64,000 nucleotides of DNA from Marsupella aquatica (taxonomy: Eukaryota; Plantae; Marchantiophyta): NCBI GenBank assembly GCA_973895155.1, contig OZ316891.1:7433808-7497807 (forward strand), in the 5' to 3' direction. The notes beneath the pieces are model-generated. The model was given only the letters and a program-made list of their open reading frames with translations. It was not told the origin of the DNA and did not search any database. The translations under genes and the position numbers were made by a program. Below are positions 1-10,038 of this stretch, one piece after another (positions within the stretch are counted from its first letter, which is position 1; each line of letters begins with the position of its first letter).

Positions 1-2148
1 TTGTACACAGGAACGGCAGTGTGCACCATGACGCTAGAACCGAAGGAACGATGCACCTGTCAGTACAAATGTTCGCGCTTATGGGATGGGTATGATTTTG
101 TGAGCCCAAGGAATCGAAGACGACATGCAAACTATGACAAGACAGGCAGGGTCATTCCTGCAAAGTTTTTAGTGGACCGTGGGCATCCGGATGGCCATGG
201 CCTATCGCATCAAGACAGTCATTCTGCTAGCTTCTTAGGTGTTCAAATGTCCCGACAAGAACACAGATATACGGCCCCAACTGTGTTGTACAGGGCACTT
301 ACAGGAGGAGACGGGAATGATGACGTTGGAAGAAACGATTTGCAGGACCTGGATGTTGATGGGATTGGTCAGACGCTTCCCATGCAGTATGGTATCCACA
401 TAATGCCTTCTAGAATACTGACCGTGGACGAAGCAATTTATCGACAGACTTGGAGATTACAATCAATGCTTGACGAGGCTAAAATGCCTCAGGCATTGCA
501 GGATAGCATTTTGAAAATGCTATTCGGGAAGATTCAGATTCCCCCATCTACAAATTTGACACCTTCACCCGACCCTCCATCCGACATGGCAAATGTAGGA
601 CTGGGCGCACTCCTGAGGCACGCTGGTGTGACGTGGGACGGAGGACGCCATGGAATTGATGCATTGTCATCATTCAAGGGTTTGTGTGGCACGTTTGAGG
701 CATATGGTATGCCAAAAACGCAGCGGTGGAGAATGTGTATTGGACAGAAGCCAAACTGGCATGCTCCCGTAGTCCTACCGTCGTCGCACCAAGATGACTA
801 CAATGTCCGAACTGGATTGAAGTGCCGTTGTTCAATCGCAGGGACGAAGTGGCATCTAGCCAGGGATTGTTTGCGTTGTTCGGAACGTTGCCCATTGGAT
901 GGTTGCAGCACGGCTCGCAAGGAGATGCTCCGGTTTGAATATTTCCCCATTGGTCCCATGTTGCGGAAGTTATGTAGCAGTCGATCTGTTTGTCATGAGT
1001 TCCAGGCAATGTGGAGGGACAAAGATAAGTGGTTTAAGAAGGATTCCATGCCCAGACCTGTGTACAAGGAATGGTGGGACGGCTACCGTGCTTCCGAGCT
1101 ATCCTACTTTTGGGACACTGGCACACAGTTTGAGATTCCCGTGTTATGCCGAAACTGTTATGCTTGTTGAGTCCTGAGTTGTTGGATACTGCCAACTAGG
1201 ATAATGTCAGCAAACAATACGACTTCCAATGCTCAGATTGTGGATCTCGAGTCACGGCCCCGAAACAATTTGCAAAGGTTAGTGATTTCTTCTTGCGTTA
1301 CTGTTGTTGCGCACTTTTGTATGACCAGGGTATGGTATGGGTATTTTTAGGGTATTTATGGGTTATGATCTAGAGTAACTTTTGTCTAACTAGTGTGACC
1401 CACCGCATGCAGGGTGATCCCCGAAATATTGCACTCATGGCACATTGGGATGGATTTCAGTCTGCCAAGACTGCCCACAAAAGCACCTGGACTGTAGAGG
1501 TCCAAGTTTTAAGCGCCAGGTCTCAAACCAAAATTCCACCTATCCCTGTTCTTTTTATCCCGCCATGTGATGACGACGACATAGGAAAAAAAAGCTGAAA
1601 TGCTTGGATGCTTTCTTAGAACCATTCATAAGAGAACTGGAGGAGTTGTTTGTGGATGGGATAGAGGTGGATTACAATTACCCTGTGGAATTATTGGCTG
1701 AAGAGGATAATGTACCGAATGACTCCAGGTGTGTGCTACGAGCACTGTTAGCAGTTTTCACTGGAGATCATCCCGCACAATGTAAATTTGGGGGCTGGAA
1801 TGTTACAGGTTATTCCGCTTGTAGGAATTGTAAAATGAGCACTCGATGGATGAAGTGCAAGTTTGATCATCCTCGAAAGGAGACTGACCAATCACAACCC
1901 CGAGGTTTTCTGGGAAGGGCTGTGTATGACAACAATAGGATGCAGATGAGATATCCACCACCTACACAGAAAATTGAAGAGGTGAGGGAGGCGGCCAGGA
2001 ACATGACCAGGGCAGGAACAACTGCAGAGAGGATGAAGATAAGCAGGGAGTGCGGGATTTCAAACATGACCAGGGCTTGGCGACTACATGAGCTTACTGG
2101 ATTTTGTTTGAGCAAGGATCTGGTGTATGATACAATGCATATCCTTGC
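1..2148 (+). pseudogene. CACTA/EnSpm (CMC)-type DDE transposase, 5' part
   Basis: Motifs GDPRNIALMAHWDGFQ, FLEPFIRELEEL, GDHPAQCK..G..GYSACRNC and VYDTMHIL. GT-AG intron 1278-1412. Stop at 1168-1170 and an A-run frameshift at about 1586-1593. Confidence 0.8.
2144..2148. repeat. 5-bp target site duplication CTTGC (second copy at 15702-15706)
   Basis: CTTGC immediately precedes TG at 2149 and immediately follows CA at 15701. Confidence 0.95.
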
Positions 2149-3539
2149 TGTCGTATAGTGCTAAGTATCAAAAGTGACTCTTCTCACCTAAAACCAGGGT
2201 TTCGATCCCTTTAAGAACAGATTTCAGAATGAATTGTATAACTTTTATCACTCCGAGTGATTTAGAGTCTTGAGCTCTATGTTGACTTCACTTCTCAATA
2301 AAAAAAATCGAATAAACAAACAACAAAGTAACTGAACTTCTGATTTATGAATTAGAGAAGAAATGAGTAAGGATTTAGAGACTACAAGCTGCTACTGCCA
2401 CTCCTTCAGAAAGGATTTGGGCTCAGTATAGACATGAAATCTATCTCATAATTCATCCATCTCACTCTTCAAAACACAAAGGTTAATGATAATGGAATTC
2501 TCAATCTGATGAAGCAGAAGCTTTCTGATTGCAAATGAATGATATGATTTAAAATGCCGTCAACATGGTTTGACATCAGCGATACGCAATTCAGTCAAAC
2601 TCTAAACCATATTCCAGAATCAAAGCAACAGTACTAACTACTCTGAGAATCAGAATTTACTTCTCATTTATCATTAACTATTCTTGAATTGGCTAGCGAA
2701 TCCCGACTCTGCAAGCAAGCCTAGCAGTGAATTCAATACGAGTTTCAGAAATCTGCAACTGAATTCAATCACCACAGGAATCTCTTGAATTCAATCTTAA
2801 CTTCAATCAATATAGCTTTACTTCCATACAAAACACTCACAGCATGCCTTGTTACAATGGAAGGAGGAGAAAACTATTCAGAAGACTCAATTCTGAATAC
2901 AGTATTAACTCTATTTCTCTCTACTTCAAATGAGCATTCTACTCTGTCTTATAAGTGCTGGAATCCTAAAATGGAGGAGGTAAGAACAGACGTGCCTTTC
3001 CAAGCTTAAAACTAAACAAGGGAGAAGCACAGCATAAGTACTTCAACAAGGGTGGTAGAATACTACTTTACTAGTAATCTACTTCAAAAACTAAGTGTTG
3101 AGCGGACGCTGCTAGAAGCGTCGGGAGAATCTGGACGCTGCTAGAAGCGTCTTAAGTAAAACCAACGGACGCTGCTCACACTGCTCACAGCGTCAATACT
3201 AGGGTGGACGCTGCTCACAGCGTCGTGTGTTGAAGCTGACGCTTTCCACAGCGTCGGTCGAAATCCTCATAGAGTCTTGGTGGCGGTCGGGCGCTGCCAA
3301 AAGCGTCATGAGGAGGTTGGACGCTTCCGCAGGGTCTTGAGTAAAAGAAACGGGCGCTGGTCACAGCGTCGGGCAAAGTACACTAGGAATCGTCAGGAAA
3401 GCCGGAGATGTCAAATATTTCTATAAGTGTCCAGAACAAGTAAATGTTGGCTGGAAGGTGTCTAAAGTGTAAGTAAATCTTGTGATATGCTAAAAATAAA
3501 CAAGTTTCCAGAAAAAATTGCAGGGACACCCATACCACA
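2149..3539 (-). repeat. 3' LTR (1391 bp)
   Basis: TGTCGTAT...ATACCACA, a direct repeat of 14311-15701. Only two differences seen by eye (G3333/C15495, T3452/C15614). Confidence 0.96.
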
Positions 3540-3557
3540 TAGCCCTCCACTTAAATT
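3540..3557 (-). promoter_or_regulatory. Polypurine tract (PPT)
   Basis: Minus strand reads AATTTAAGTGGAGGGCTA directly before the LTR. Confidence 0.8.
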
Positions 3558-3616
3558 TCGCCGTGTCCCCACAAGACATGACCGAATTGAATCAGAAGCG
3601 AGTGACATGTTCTTCA

Positions 3617-4093
3617 TTAATAATATTCTGGCTTAATAATCCAAGTAGTGCTCAAAATCATTGACGGGAGTTGGGAGATATCCGAATCCAGAATATAAAA
3701 ATCGAGGTCATGGAATTCTTCTCCGATCTGTATTGGGACTCCTTTAACTCTTCCCCAAAGATTAATGATTCGTCCATCGATTGATATCTGAGCAGATATC
3801 GGTTGTACTTCTTGATGAACAAATTGCTGGCACAGTCTGTGGGAGAGGAAATTAATTCGAGAGCCTGGATCAATAACAAAGTGTTGAATAGCATGTCCTC
3901 CCAGTTTGATCTTGCCTTCAAAGGAATGTTGGAAAGCACGGGGTAAAGAATTCCAACAATCCATAGTAGCTTTGATGTCCCACATGAGCAGATAAATATC
4001 AATTCGAAGGAGAAAGAAGGAAACAATTGCAGGATGCTGCAAAAGTAACGGCTTATATACATATAAATGACAACACCGTTTGATATCTCTCAT
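3617..4093 (-). CDS. Retropepsin-like (aspartic protease-like) domain at the end of the accessory region
   Basis: FVIDPGSRINFLS...GRVKGVPIQIG..LDFYILD...MILSTTWI pattern. In frame with ORF 4106-5899 across a single TGA. Confidence 0.55.
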   Translation of the reverse strand: MRDIKRCCHLYVYKPLLLQHPAIVSFFLLRIDIYLLMWDIKATMDCWNSLPRAFQHSFEGKIKLGGHAIQHFVIDPGSRINFLSHRLCQQFVHQEVQPISAQISIDGRIINLWGRVKGVPIQIGEEFHDLDFYILDSDISQLPSMILSTTWIIKPEYY

Positions 4094-4105
4094 AAATGGT
4101 GTCCT

Positions 4106-5899
4106 TCAAATCTGTGTCCTAGATAAAACACCTTGAATAATCACATCCGGATAAGAAGGAATAATAGGTAGGAACGCTAAACACCTAAGCGACTTGAACC
4201 CTTGGGAAGCCGGTAGCATACATTGTTTTGTAATCAACTGCTCCCTTAGCTTAACAAGCTTCTTCTCATATTTAATTGGAATAGCAAACCCACCAGGACA
4301 AACCCAAACATAGTATGGATAGGGCCATGGAATTTCCGGCACAAGGGGCGGAAATGGTGCTTGAGCTCGTCGAAGCATATACACCCAACACCAAATTTCG
4401 AACTCCGAAAACTTATGTCGTTTGTCCTTATCAATGGGAGGAACCGCCTTCCCAGGTTCATATGTGCGAATCAAACTACGAATCCTCGGATGGGATGTCA
4501 TTGGCAAAATCTGCTGCTGCTGCAAAATGCTCTCCATCTCCAGATGTCGAAAAGCTACTCGAAAATGTTTCTTCTCCCACCTGTGAATTGAAGCCAAATT
4601 AGGGATAGGATTTCGGGGTGGCAAATCCACTGTATGCCGAAGTCGAGGAGGTACTCTGATAATGCGAGGGTCTTCGTCTTCTTCTCCATCACTTGGTGCT
4701 CCTATCCAACGGAAAATTACATCTGGCATAGCGGAAGGAATCACTGACTCCTTAACTGGTCGAATTGGCAATGTAACATGAGACGAAGGAGCAGAAGGTT
4801 CGGGCTCCAGTGGTTCAAATTCTTCTCTTGCAACAGTAGTTGGTTGATCTGCAGTGGGATGCATTGGTACTAAAACAGGAAGTTCTTCTTTAAAATTATC
4901 GCTAGGTAAAGAGACTTCCTGGTTAGTTCGATCTGCCAAAAGTACAGGAAGGGGTAGCTCGTCTGTTCCGATAGGTGCTTCTCCCTGTTCAAAATCCTGG
5001 GAAGATGCTTCAGGAAAGATCTGTCGACTGATAGCATGGCGCAACCGTTTCCAAGATTTTCGAGTATACGTCACTGAAAACTCCTCCCGAATGTTTTTAT
5101 CCTTGTTTGTAGCCAATGAAACTGGTGCTGAGCTGGTTGTCGAAGCGGGTGTCTCGGGTACCAATATGGGTACAGATATACCCATATTACCAGATACCTG
5201 ATTGCGACTCGGAAAACCAGCAGAGCCTCCTTCAATCAACTCATCTTCAGGAGAAACCCATTTTACAGGCGGAAATGAAGGAGCTCCTATCGCGGCTATT
5301 GCCTCATCTAATTCCTTAGTTATATCCAAAGGAATCGATATGAGTGAACCAGGTGTAGACCAGGCAGGGTATCTTGCGACAGATTGGGGAGAAGTCACTG
5401 GTTCACCTACTTCGTCTATATCCACAATTGCATCCTCCGAATCAACTTTAACCAGCTTCACAATTTCTGAGCTTAATATTTCTGACTCCTGGACCAGAGG
5501 GATTTCACCTATATTTGGGCTAGAACTAAGAGAGTCGGACGAATCATACTCCTGTAAAGCCTGCAAAGCATCACTATTTGCCTCTATGGGAACCAAAACA
5601 GGGGTAGAAGTAAATCCATCATACTCGTCCTCAGCAGTAGAATGTTGAAGAGGTTCCCCTGAAAAACCTTCTTCATCCACCCTCACCTCATCTTCAACAT
5701 TCATCCGAGAAGCAGAATTATCCTGATCAACATCATAAATAGGCTCGGCAGCACAAGGTGAACACGAGAGTCGAGGTGACATAGAATGCTCCAACCCTGT
5801 TGGCATTGCTGAAGGAACATCTTCGGCAACTTGAGCCTCTCTTGGTTGGTGAAGAATCGGATCGTCACTCCCTTCAGCTGATGCTCTTGTCTCTTTCAA
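4106..5899 (-). CDS. Gypsy accessory ORF, 597 aa, acidic and Pro/Ser-rich, unknown function
   Basis: Long open frame between pol and the 3' LTR, same sense as pol. Its start overlaps the stop of the 260-aa ORF. Confidence 0.65.
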   Translation of the reverse strand: MKETRASAEGSDDPILHQPREAQVAEDVPSAMPTGLEHSMSPRLSCSPCAAEPIYDVDQDNSASRMNVEDEVRVDEEGFSGEPLQHSTAEDEYDGFTSTPVLVPIEANSDALQALQEYDSSDSLSSSPNIGEIPLVQESEILSSEIVKLVKVDSEDAIVDIDEVGEPVTSPQSVARYPAWSTPGSLISIPLDITKELDEAIAAIGAPSFPPVKWVSPEDELIEGGSAGFPSRNQVSGNMGISVPILVPETPASTTSSAPVSLATNKDKNIREEFSVTYTRKSWKRLRHAISRQIFPEASSQDFEQGEAPIGTDELPLPVLLADRTNQEVSLPSDNFKEELPVLVPMHPTADQPTTVAREEFEPLEPEPSAPSSHVTLPIRPVKESVIPSAMPDVIFRWIGAPSDGEEDEDPRIIRVPPRLRHTVDLPPRNPIPNLASIHRWEKKHFRVAFRHLEMESILQQQQILPMTSHPRIRSLIRTYEPGKAVPPIDKDKRHKFSEFEIWCWVYMLRRAQAPFPPLVPEIPWPYPYYVWVCPGGFAIPIKYEKKLVKLREQLITKQCMLPASQGFKSLRCLAFLPIIPSYPDVIIQGVLSRTQI

Positions 5900-6678
5900 T
5901 TCCGAACTTCACCCACCAGTTCAGGTTCCTCACAGTCGAGTATTGCACATAGCTCTACCACTGTGGAATTGGCTCGGACTTCTCGTACTTCAGGCATATA
6001 ATTTGCTTCACCGGTAGATGCTCTCTGATTGTTGCGATAAAAATCTTTTTCCAAGACAAGCAGACAGTCATACTTATGGTAAATGTGAGCTAAATAAGGG
6101 GCCAAGTAGGTACACCTTATTTTCCCCGTTTTCAGCCTGCTACGAAAATTTTTGACCTGAGTATGAATTACTCGGTGCAAAACCTTCGTCCAATTGATAG
6201 ACTGCGTCTGTTCTAATGAACAGATCACCGTTGCAGCGAACGAAAGAGTGATGCACGTCTGGCTTTCTGGGTAGAAAATTGGTGCCAGAAATCGAAATAG
6301 ACGCTGCAGAGAATTATCTAAGCAGTCCGCCGCTAGCCATCCATTCCGCCTCTTGAAAGATCCTGGAGCGAAGAAGGATTCTACATAAACCCGAGGCTCA
6401 CAATCAACCCTCTGTAAATCCTCGCCCTCCATCGGCGTCGAATAGACCTTCGCTATGAGCGCTTCAGTCCAAACACTGGGACGCGAGCGCACACCAATCC
6501 TTTCTTCAGCGTCCCAGACACCTTGATCGATAAGGCTGAATTCGCAAATCTTCCAAGGAAGTTGAAGCAGCTTCTTCAAGCCCATTTTTGCCAGAGCCGT
6601 CTTCAACTGCCGCCTATGCACTGCATTCGATGGAATGTCTGCGAGTATTGGTCGCGTCGTCAGCTCAGTCTCCGCCAT
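5896..6678 (-). CDS. Gypsy accessory ORF, 260 aa, TE-associated domain (plant-mobile-domain / Athila ORF-like)
   Basis: ATG-initiated ORF. Clearly homologous by eye to 39341-41173 (blocks LPW, RP..WT, CLD..L.R.F.FL.P..YPE, NW.K). Confidence 0.75.
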   Translation of the reverse strand: MAETELTTRPILADIPSNAVHRRQLKTALAKMGLKKLLQLPWKICEFSLIDQGVWDAEERIGVRSRPSVWTEALIAKVYSTPMEGEDLQRVDCEPRVYVESFFAPGSFKRRNGWLAADCLDNSLQRLFRFLAPIFYPESQTCITLSFAATVICSLEQTQSINWTKVLHRVIHTQVKNFRSRLKTGKIRCTYLAPYLAHIYHKYDCLLVLEKDFYRNNQRASTGEANYMPEVREVRANSTVVELCAILDCEEPELVGEVRN

Positions 6679-7065
6679 CGCGTGACTTGTTAGCTCCGTA
6701 AGCTCAGTGAGAATCGTGTTCCATAGTGAACTAGGGCGAAGCGCAACTGCTTACTCCTCAGCGTCCCGTTGAGCTGTCGCAATCCGCCATTGTACAAGAC
6801 GCCTAGTCATCGGCTCACAGCGTCTCATGCAACTGAACTAATACAAAAGCGGACCTCTGCACAACGTCCTTTGTAAACTAAGTGGACGCTTCCCCAGCGT
6901 CGAGTTACAATGGACGCTTTTCACAGCGTCCAATGTAAAAACTGAAAGTAACTAAAAAAAATAAAAAATAAAAATATGCCGAATACTTACTAGGGAGGGT
7001 CACTAATTCTAACTAAGTATAACTACCGCCCTCCACTTAAATTGCAACCTGTCCCAGGTGGAATT

Positions 7066-10038
7066 CTAAATGGAAGACTCATAGTACCGTTTAATCCTAA
7101 ACCCATTGATTCTAGTGTTAAGTGGGTGACCATCTAAGGTAGTCAATGAAACTGAACCATTATCCCAAATGTGTGTAACTCGGTAAGGACCAATCCAATG
7201 AGTATGAAGTTTCCCAAGAAATAGCATATAACGAGAATCAAAGACTAATGCTAAATCACCAACATCTAACTGCACTACGCGCAGCTTCTTATCATAAGCA
7301 AGTTTACGCTGGTTCTGAATGGTGACTGTATGGTCTAATGCTAAAAGTCTAACTTCTTCTAATTTAACAATATTGGAAAACTGATGTGAGAGACTATCTG
7401 AAGGAGAGAGTCGGTGTGGTACCAAGATACGTTCCGTTGGTAACGAAAATTCTATTGGAATAATACTATTCAGGCCATAGGTCAGATAGAAGGGGGTGTG
7501 AAGAGTTGTAATCTTCTCAGCGGTGCGGTAAGCCCATAATGCAGAATGGAGCTTCACATCCCAATCTGTCTTGTGAGATTCTACCATTTTATTCAGAATC
7601 TTGCCCATAATGCCATTAGCTCTCTCGGTTAAGCCATTAGCTCGGGGGTTGTAAGGAGTAGTTTTGCGATGCTTGATAAGATAAAGGTCAGTGATTAACT
7701 CAATAGTTGAGTTAATAAAATGCAAACCCCTATCGCTTACCAACTCCAAAGGACAACCAAACCGGGTGATAATGTGCTCAAAGAGAAATGCAGCTGCGGT
7801 TATAGCATCATTCTTGCGAGTAGCTTTCGCCTCTACCCATTTGGTGGCATAATCAGTGGCCAAAATAATATATTTGCTTCGGCTTTTCCGAGCTGCTGGA
7901 GAAATTGGGCCAATAAAATCAATCCCCCATTTCTCAAATGGTGCCAACGGAAGGATAGGCGTAAGAGGCCATTTGGAACTAGCAGTGGGCTTCCCGATCC
8001 TTTGACAGGGATCACAGGTCTTAATAAAATTGTAAGTATCTCGATGCATAGTAGGCCACCAGTATCCAGCATCCAAAATTTTCTTAACTGTGGTATTCAC
8101 AGCATAATGCCCACCGGTTTCTCCTGAATGTAAAGCTTCAATTACTTGGGGAAGTTCCCTATCCTCTAGACAACGTCGTAATTGTTGATCAGGACCTTGT
8201 TTAAACAAAGTGCCCCGAATAATGGTATAGGGACCCACCTTATGAGCAAAGACAGCTCGTTCTTCCGCATTAAAGCCTTCAGGGAACGTTCCATGAAGCA
8301 GCATGTGCACAATATTAAAATATCGAGAAGACTCCCCTTCAATGTGCCACAAATGCTCGTCAGGAAATTCATCGGAGAGATTATGCTGATTCTCCGGACC
8401 AGGTAACCGAGATAGGAAGTCTGCATTCTCATGATGTTTGCCAGGTCGGATATGAACTTCATAATCAAATTCTTGGAGTAGTAAAACCCAGCGGGCTACT
8501 CGTCCTGAGAGATCCACTTGGTTAACCAAATATTTTAAGGAATTATGATCAGTGTGAAAAGTAACCTGATACCCCAACAAATAGTGACGAAATTTCTTAC
8601 ACGCAAAGACGATGGCCAAAGCTTCCCGTTCAGTGACGGAGTAGTTTTTCTCGGCTGCACTCATTTGGCGGCTGGCATAGTAAATTGGATGGTCACGGTT
8701 TTCCACATCCTTCTGACTGAGATTAGCTCCAATGCAGAACGCAGAAGAGTCAATGAAGACATGAAACTTCTTAGTCCAATCTGGGGGTGACAAAATAGGT
8801 GCAGAGATTAACCGATCCTTGAGCAACTGGAATGCTTGCTGCCGCTCCTCATTCCATGTATATTCCACATCACTTTTTAACAGTTGGGTTAAGGGTAAGG
8901 CAATATTAGCATGTTTATAAATGAACCGACGATAATACCCCACATGTCCCAGAAAAGCACGAAGCTGCTTTAAATCGGTCGGTGGTTGCAACTCCATAAT
9001 TACTCTAACCTTCTCTGTATCAACCTCAATGCCGCGTTGTGAAATAACATGGCCTAACAAAATTCCCTCCTTCATACCAATAAAGCACTTTTCTGGATGA
9101 AGACACAACTGAGCCTCTCTACACTTCTGAAATGTCTTCTCCAAATGGACGAGGTGTTCAGCCGCTGACCCGTAAACACAAAAGTCGTCAATAAAAATCT
9201 CCATGAAATGCCGCAAATATTCTTGAAAAATAATCATCATAATGCGCTGAAAAGTACCCGGGGCATTACACAGCCCAAAAGGCATCATGGTAAATGCATA
9301 TGTACCCCAGTCGGTGGTGAACGTAGTCTTGTCGCGATCCTCCTTCCGAATGGACACCTGGTTATAACCAGAGTACCCATCTAAAAAACTGTATAACTCA
9401 TGCAAGGCCACTGAATCAAGTACCAGATCAATAAATGGCAAAGGATAATGATCTTTCCGAGTGGCAGCATTCAACTTCCGGAAGTCTTGACAAACGCGAA
9501 TTTTCGTTTTACCATCGGGTCCCGGCTTTTTGGGGACAATGACAATTGGTGAGACCCATTCACTACTCAAGACCGGGTAGATAAATCCAGCAGTCGTGAG
9601 CTTGTCCAACTCGTCTTTAACCAGGATGGAATATTTGGGATTCAAACGGTACTGTCTCTGTCGGACAGGTACTGCTCCTTCCATAAGGTCAATACGATGT
9701 TTGCCCAAATGTGGATGGATACCTTTTAAATCAGAATGACTCCAGGCAAAGACATCTTTATACTGGGTTAATAAACTGATATACTGTTCCCGTAGCTCTC
9801 CTTCGATATGCTTACCAATATTCAAAAACTTGCCTGGCTCAATTTCGATTTTCTGACAAGCTTTTGGATCCACAATTCCATCCGTGAGGTTTGCCGGCTG
9901 AAGTCCAAGTTTGGATACTTCTGGTGCAAATGGCTCAAGGGTAGCTGACACTCCCATATCATGGTGTAAATCCCTATTAGCCTCAGTATTAGGAGGTTCG
10001 TCTGCTGCTGGGCCCACTTCCGATGACGAAGTTAATTG
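7066..10038 (-). CDS. pol: Pol (RT - RNase H - integrase), intact, in frame with gag-PR
   Basis: RT: RVCQDFRKLN, LDGYSGYNQ, MPFGLCNAP, FIDD. RNase H: FIDSS, EREALA, TDH. Integrase: H..GH..C..C, IDFIG, SDRG, NGLTER and a GPY motif. Confidence 0.95.
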   Translation of the reverse strand, partial: QLTSSSEVGPAADEPPNTEANRDLHHDMGVSATLEPFAPEVSKLGLQPANLTDGIVDPKACQKIEIEPGKFLNIGKHIEGELREQYISLLTQYKDVFAWSHSDLKGIHPHLGKHRIDLMEGAVPVRQRQYRLNPKYSILVKDELDKLTTAGFIYPVLSSEWVSPIVIVPKKPGPDGKTKIRVCQDFRKLNAATRKDHYPLPFIDLVLDSVALHELYSFLDGYSGYNQVSIRKEDRDKTTFTTDWGTYAFTMMPFGLCNAPGTFQRIMMIIFQEYLRHFMEIFIDDFCVYGSAAEHLVHLEKTFQKCREAQLCLHPEKCFIGMKEGILLGHVISQRGIEVDTEKVRVIMELQPPTDLKQLRAFLGHVGYYRRFIYKHANIALPLTQLLKSDVEYTWNEERQQAFQLLKDRLISAPILSPPDWTKKFHVFIDSSAFCIGANLSQKDVENRDHPIYYASRQMSAAEKNYSVTEREALAIVFACKKFRHYLLGYQVTFHTDHNSLKYLVNQVDLSGRVARWVLLLQEFDYEVHIRPGKHHENADFLSRLPGPENQHNLSDEFPDEHLWHIEGESSRYFNIVHMLLHGTFPEGFNAEERAVFAHKVGPYTIIRGTLFKQGPDQQLRRCLEDRELPQVIEALHSGETGGHYAVNTTVKKILDAGYWWPTMHRDTYNFIKTCDPCQRIGKPTASSKWPLTPILPLAPFEKWGIDFIGPISPAARKSRSKYIILATDYATKWVEAKATRKNDAITAAAFLFEHIITRFGCPLELVSDRGLHFINSTIELITDLYLIKHRKTTPYNPRANGLTERANGIMGKILNKMVESHKTDWDVKLHSALWAYRTAEKITTLHTPFYLTYGLNSIIPIEFSLPTERILVPHRLSPSDSLSHQFSNIVKLEEVRLLALDHTVTIQNQRKLAYDKKLRVVQLDVGDLALVFDSRYMLFLGKLHTHWIGPYRVTHIWDNGSVSLTTLDGHPLNTRINGFRIKRYYESSI

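Noticed and set aside
2785-3009. Identical 74-aa ORFs at 2785 and 14947
   Set aside because: They are a consequence of LTR duplication; TTG start and no recognisable domain.
4106-6678. env gene of an endogenous retrovirus
   Set aside because: The position is env-like, but no signal peptide or convincing transmembrane segment was seen, so these were kept as accessory ORFs.
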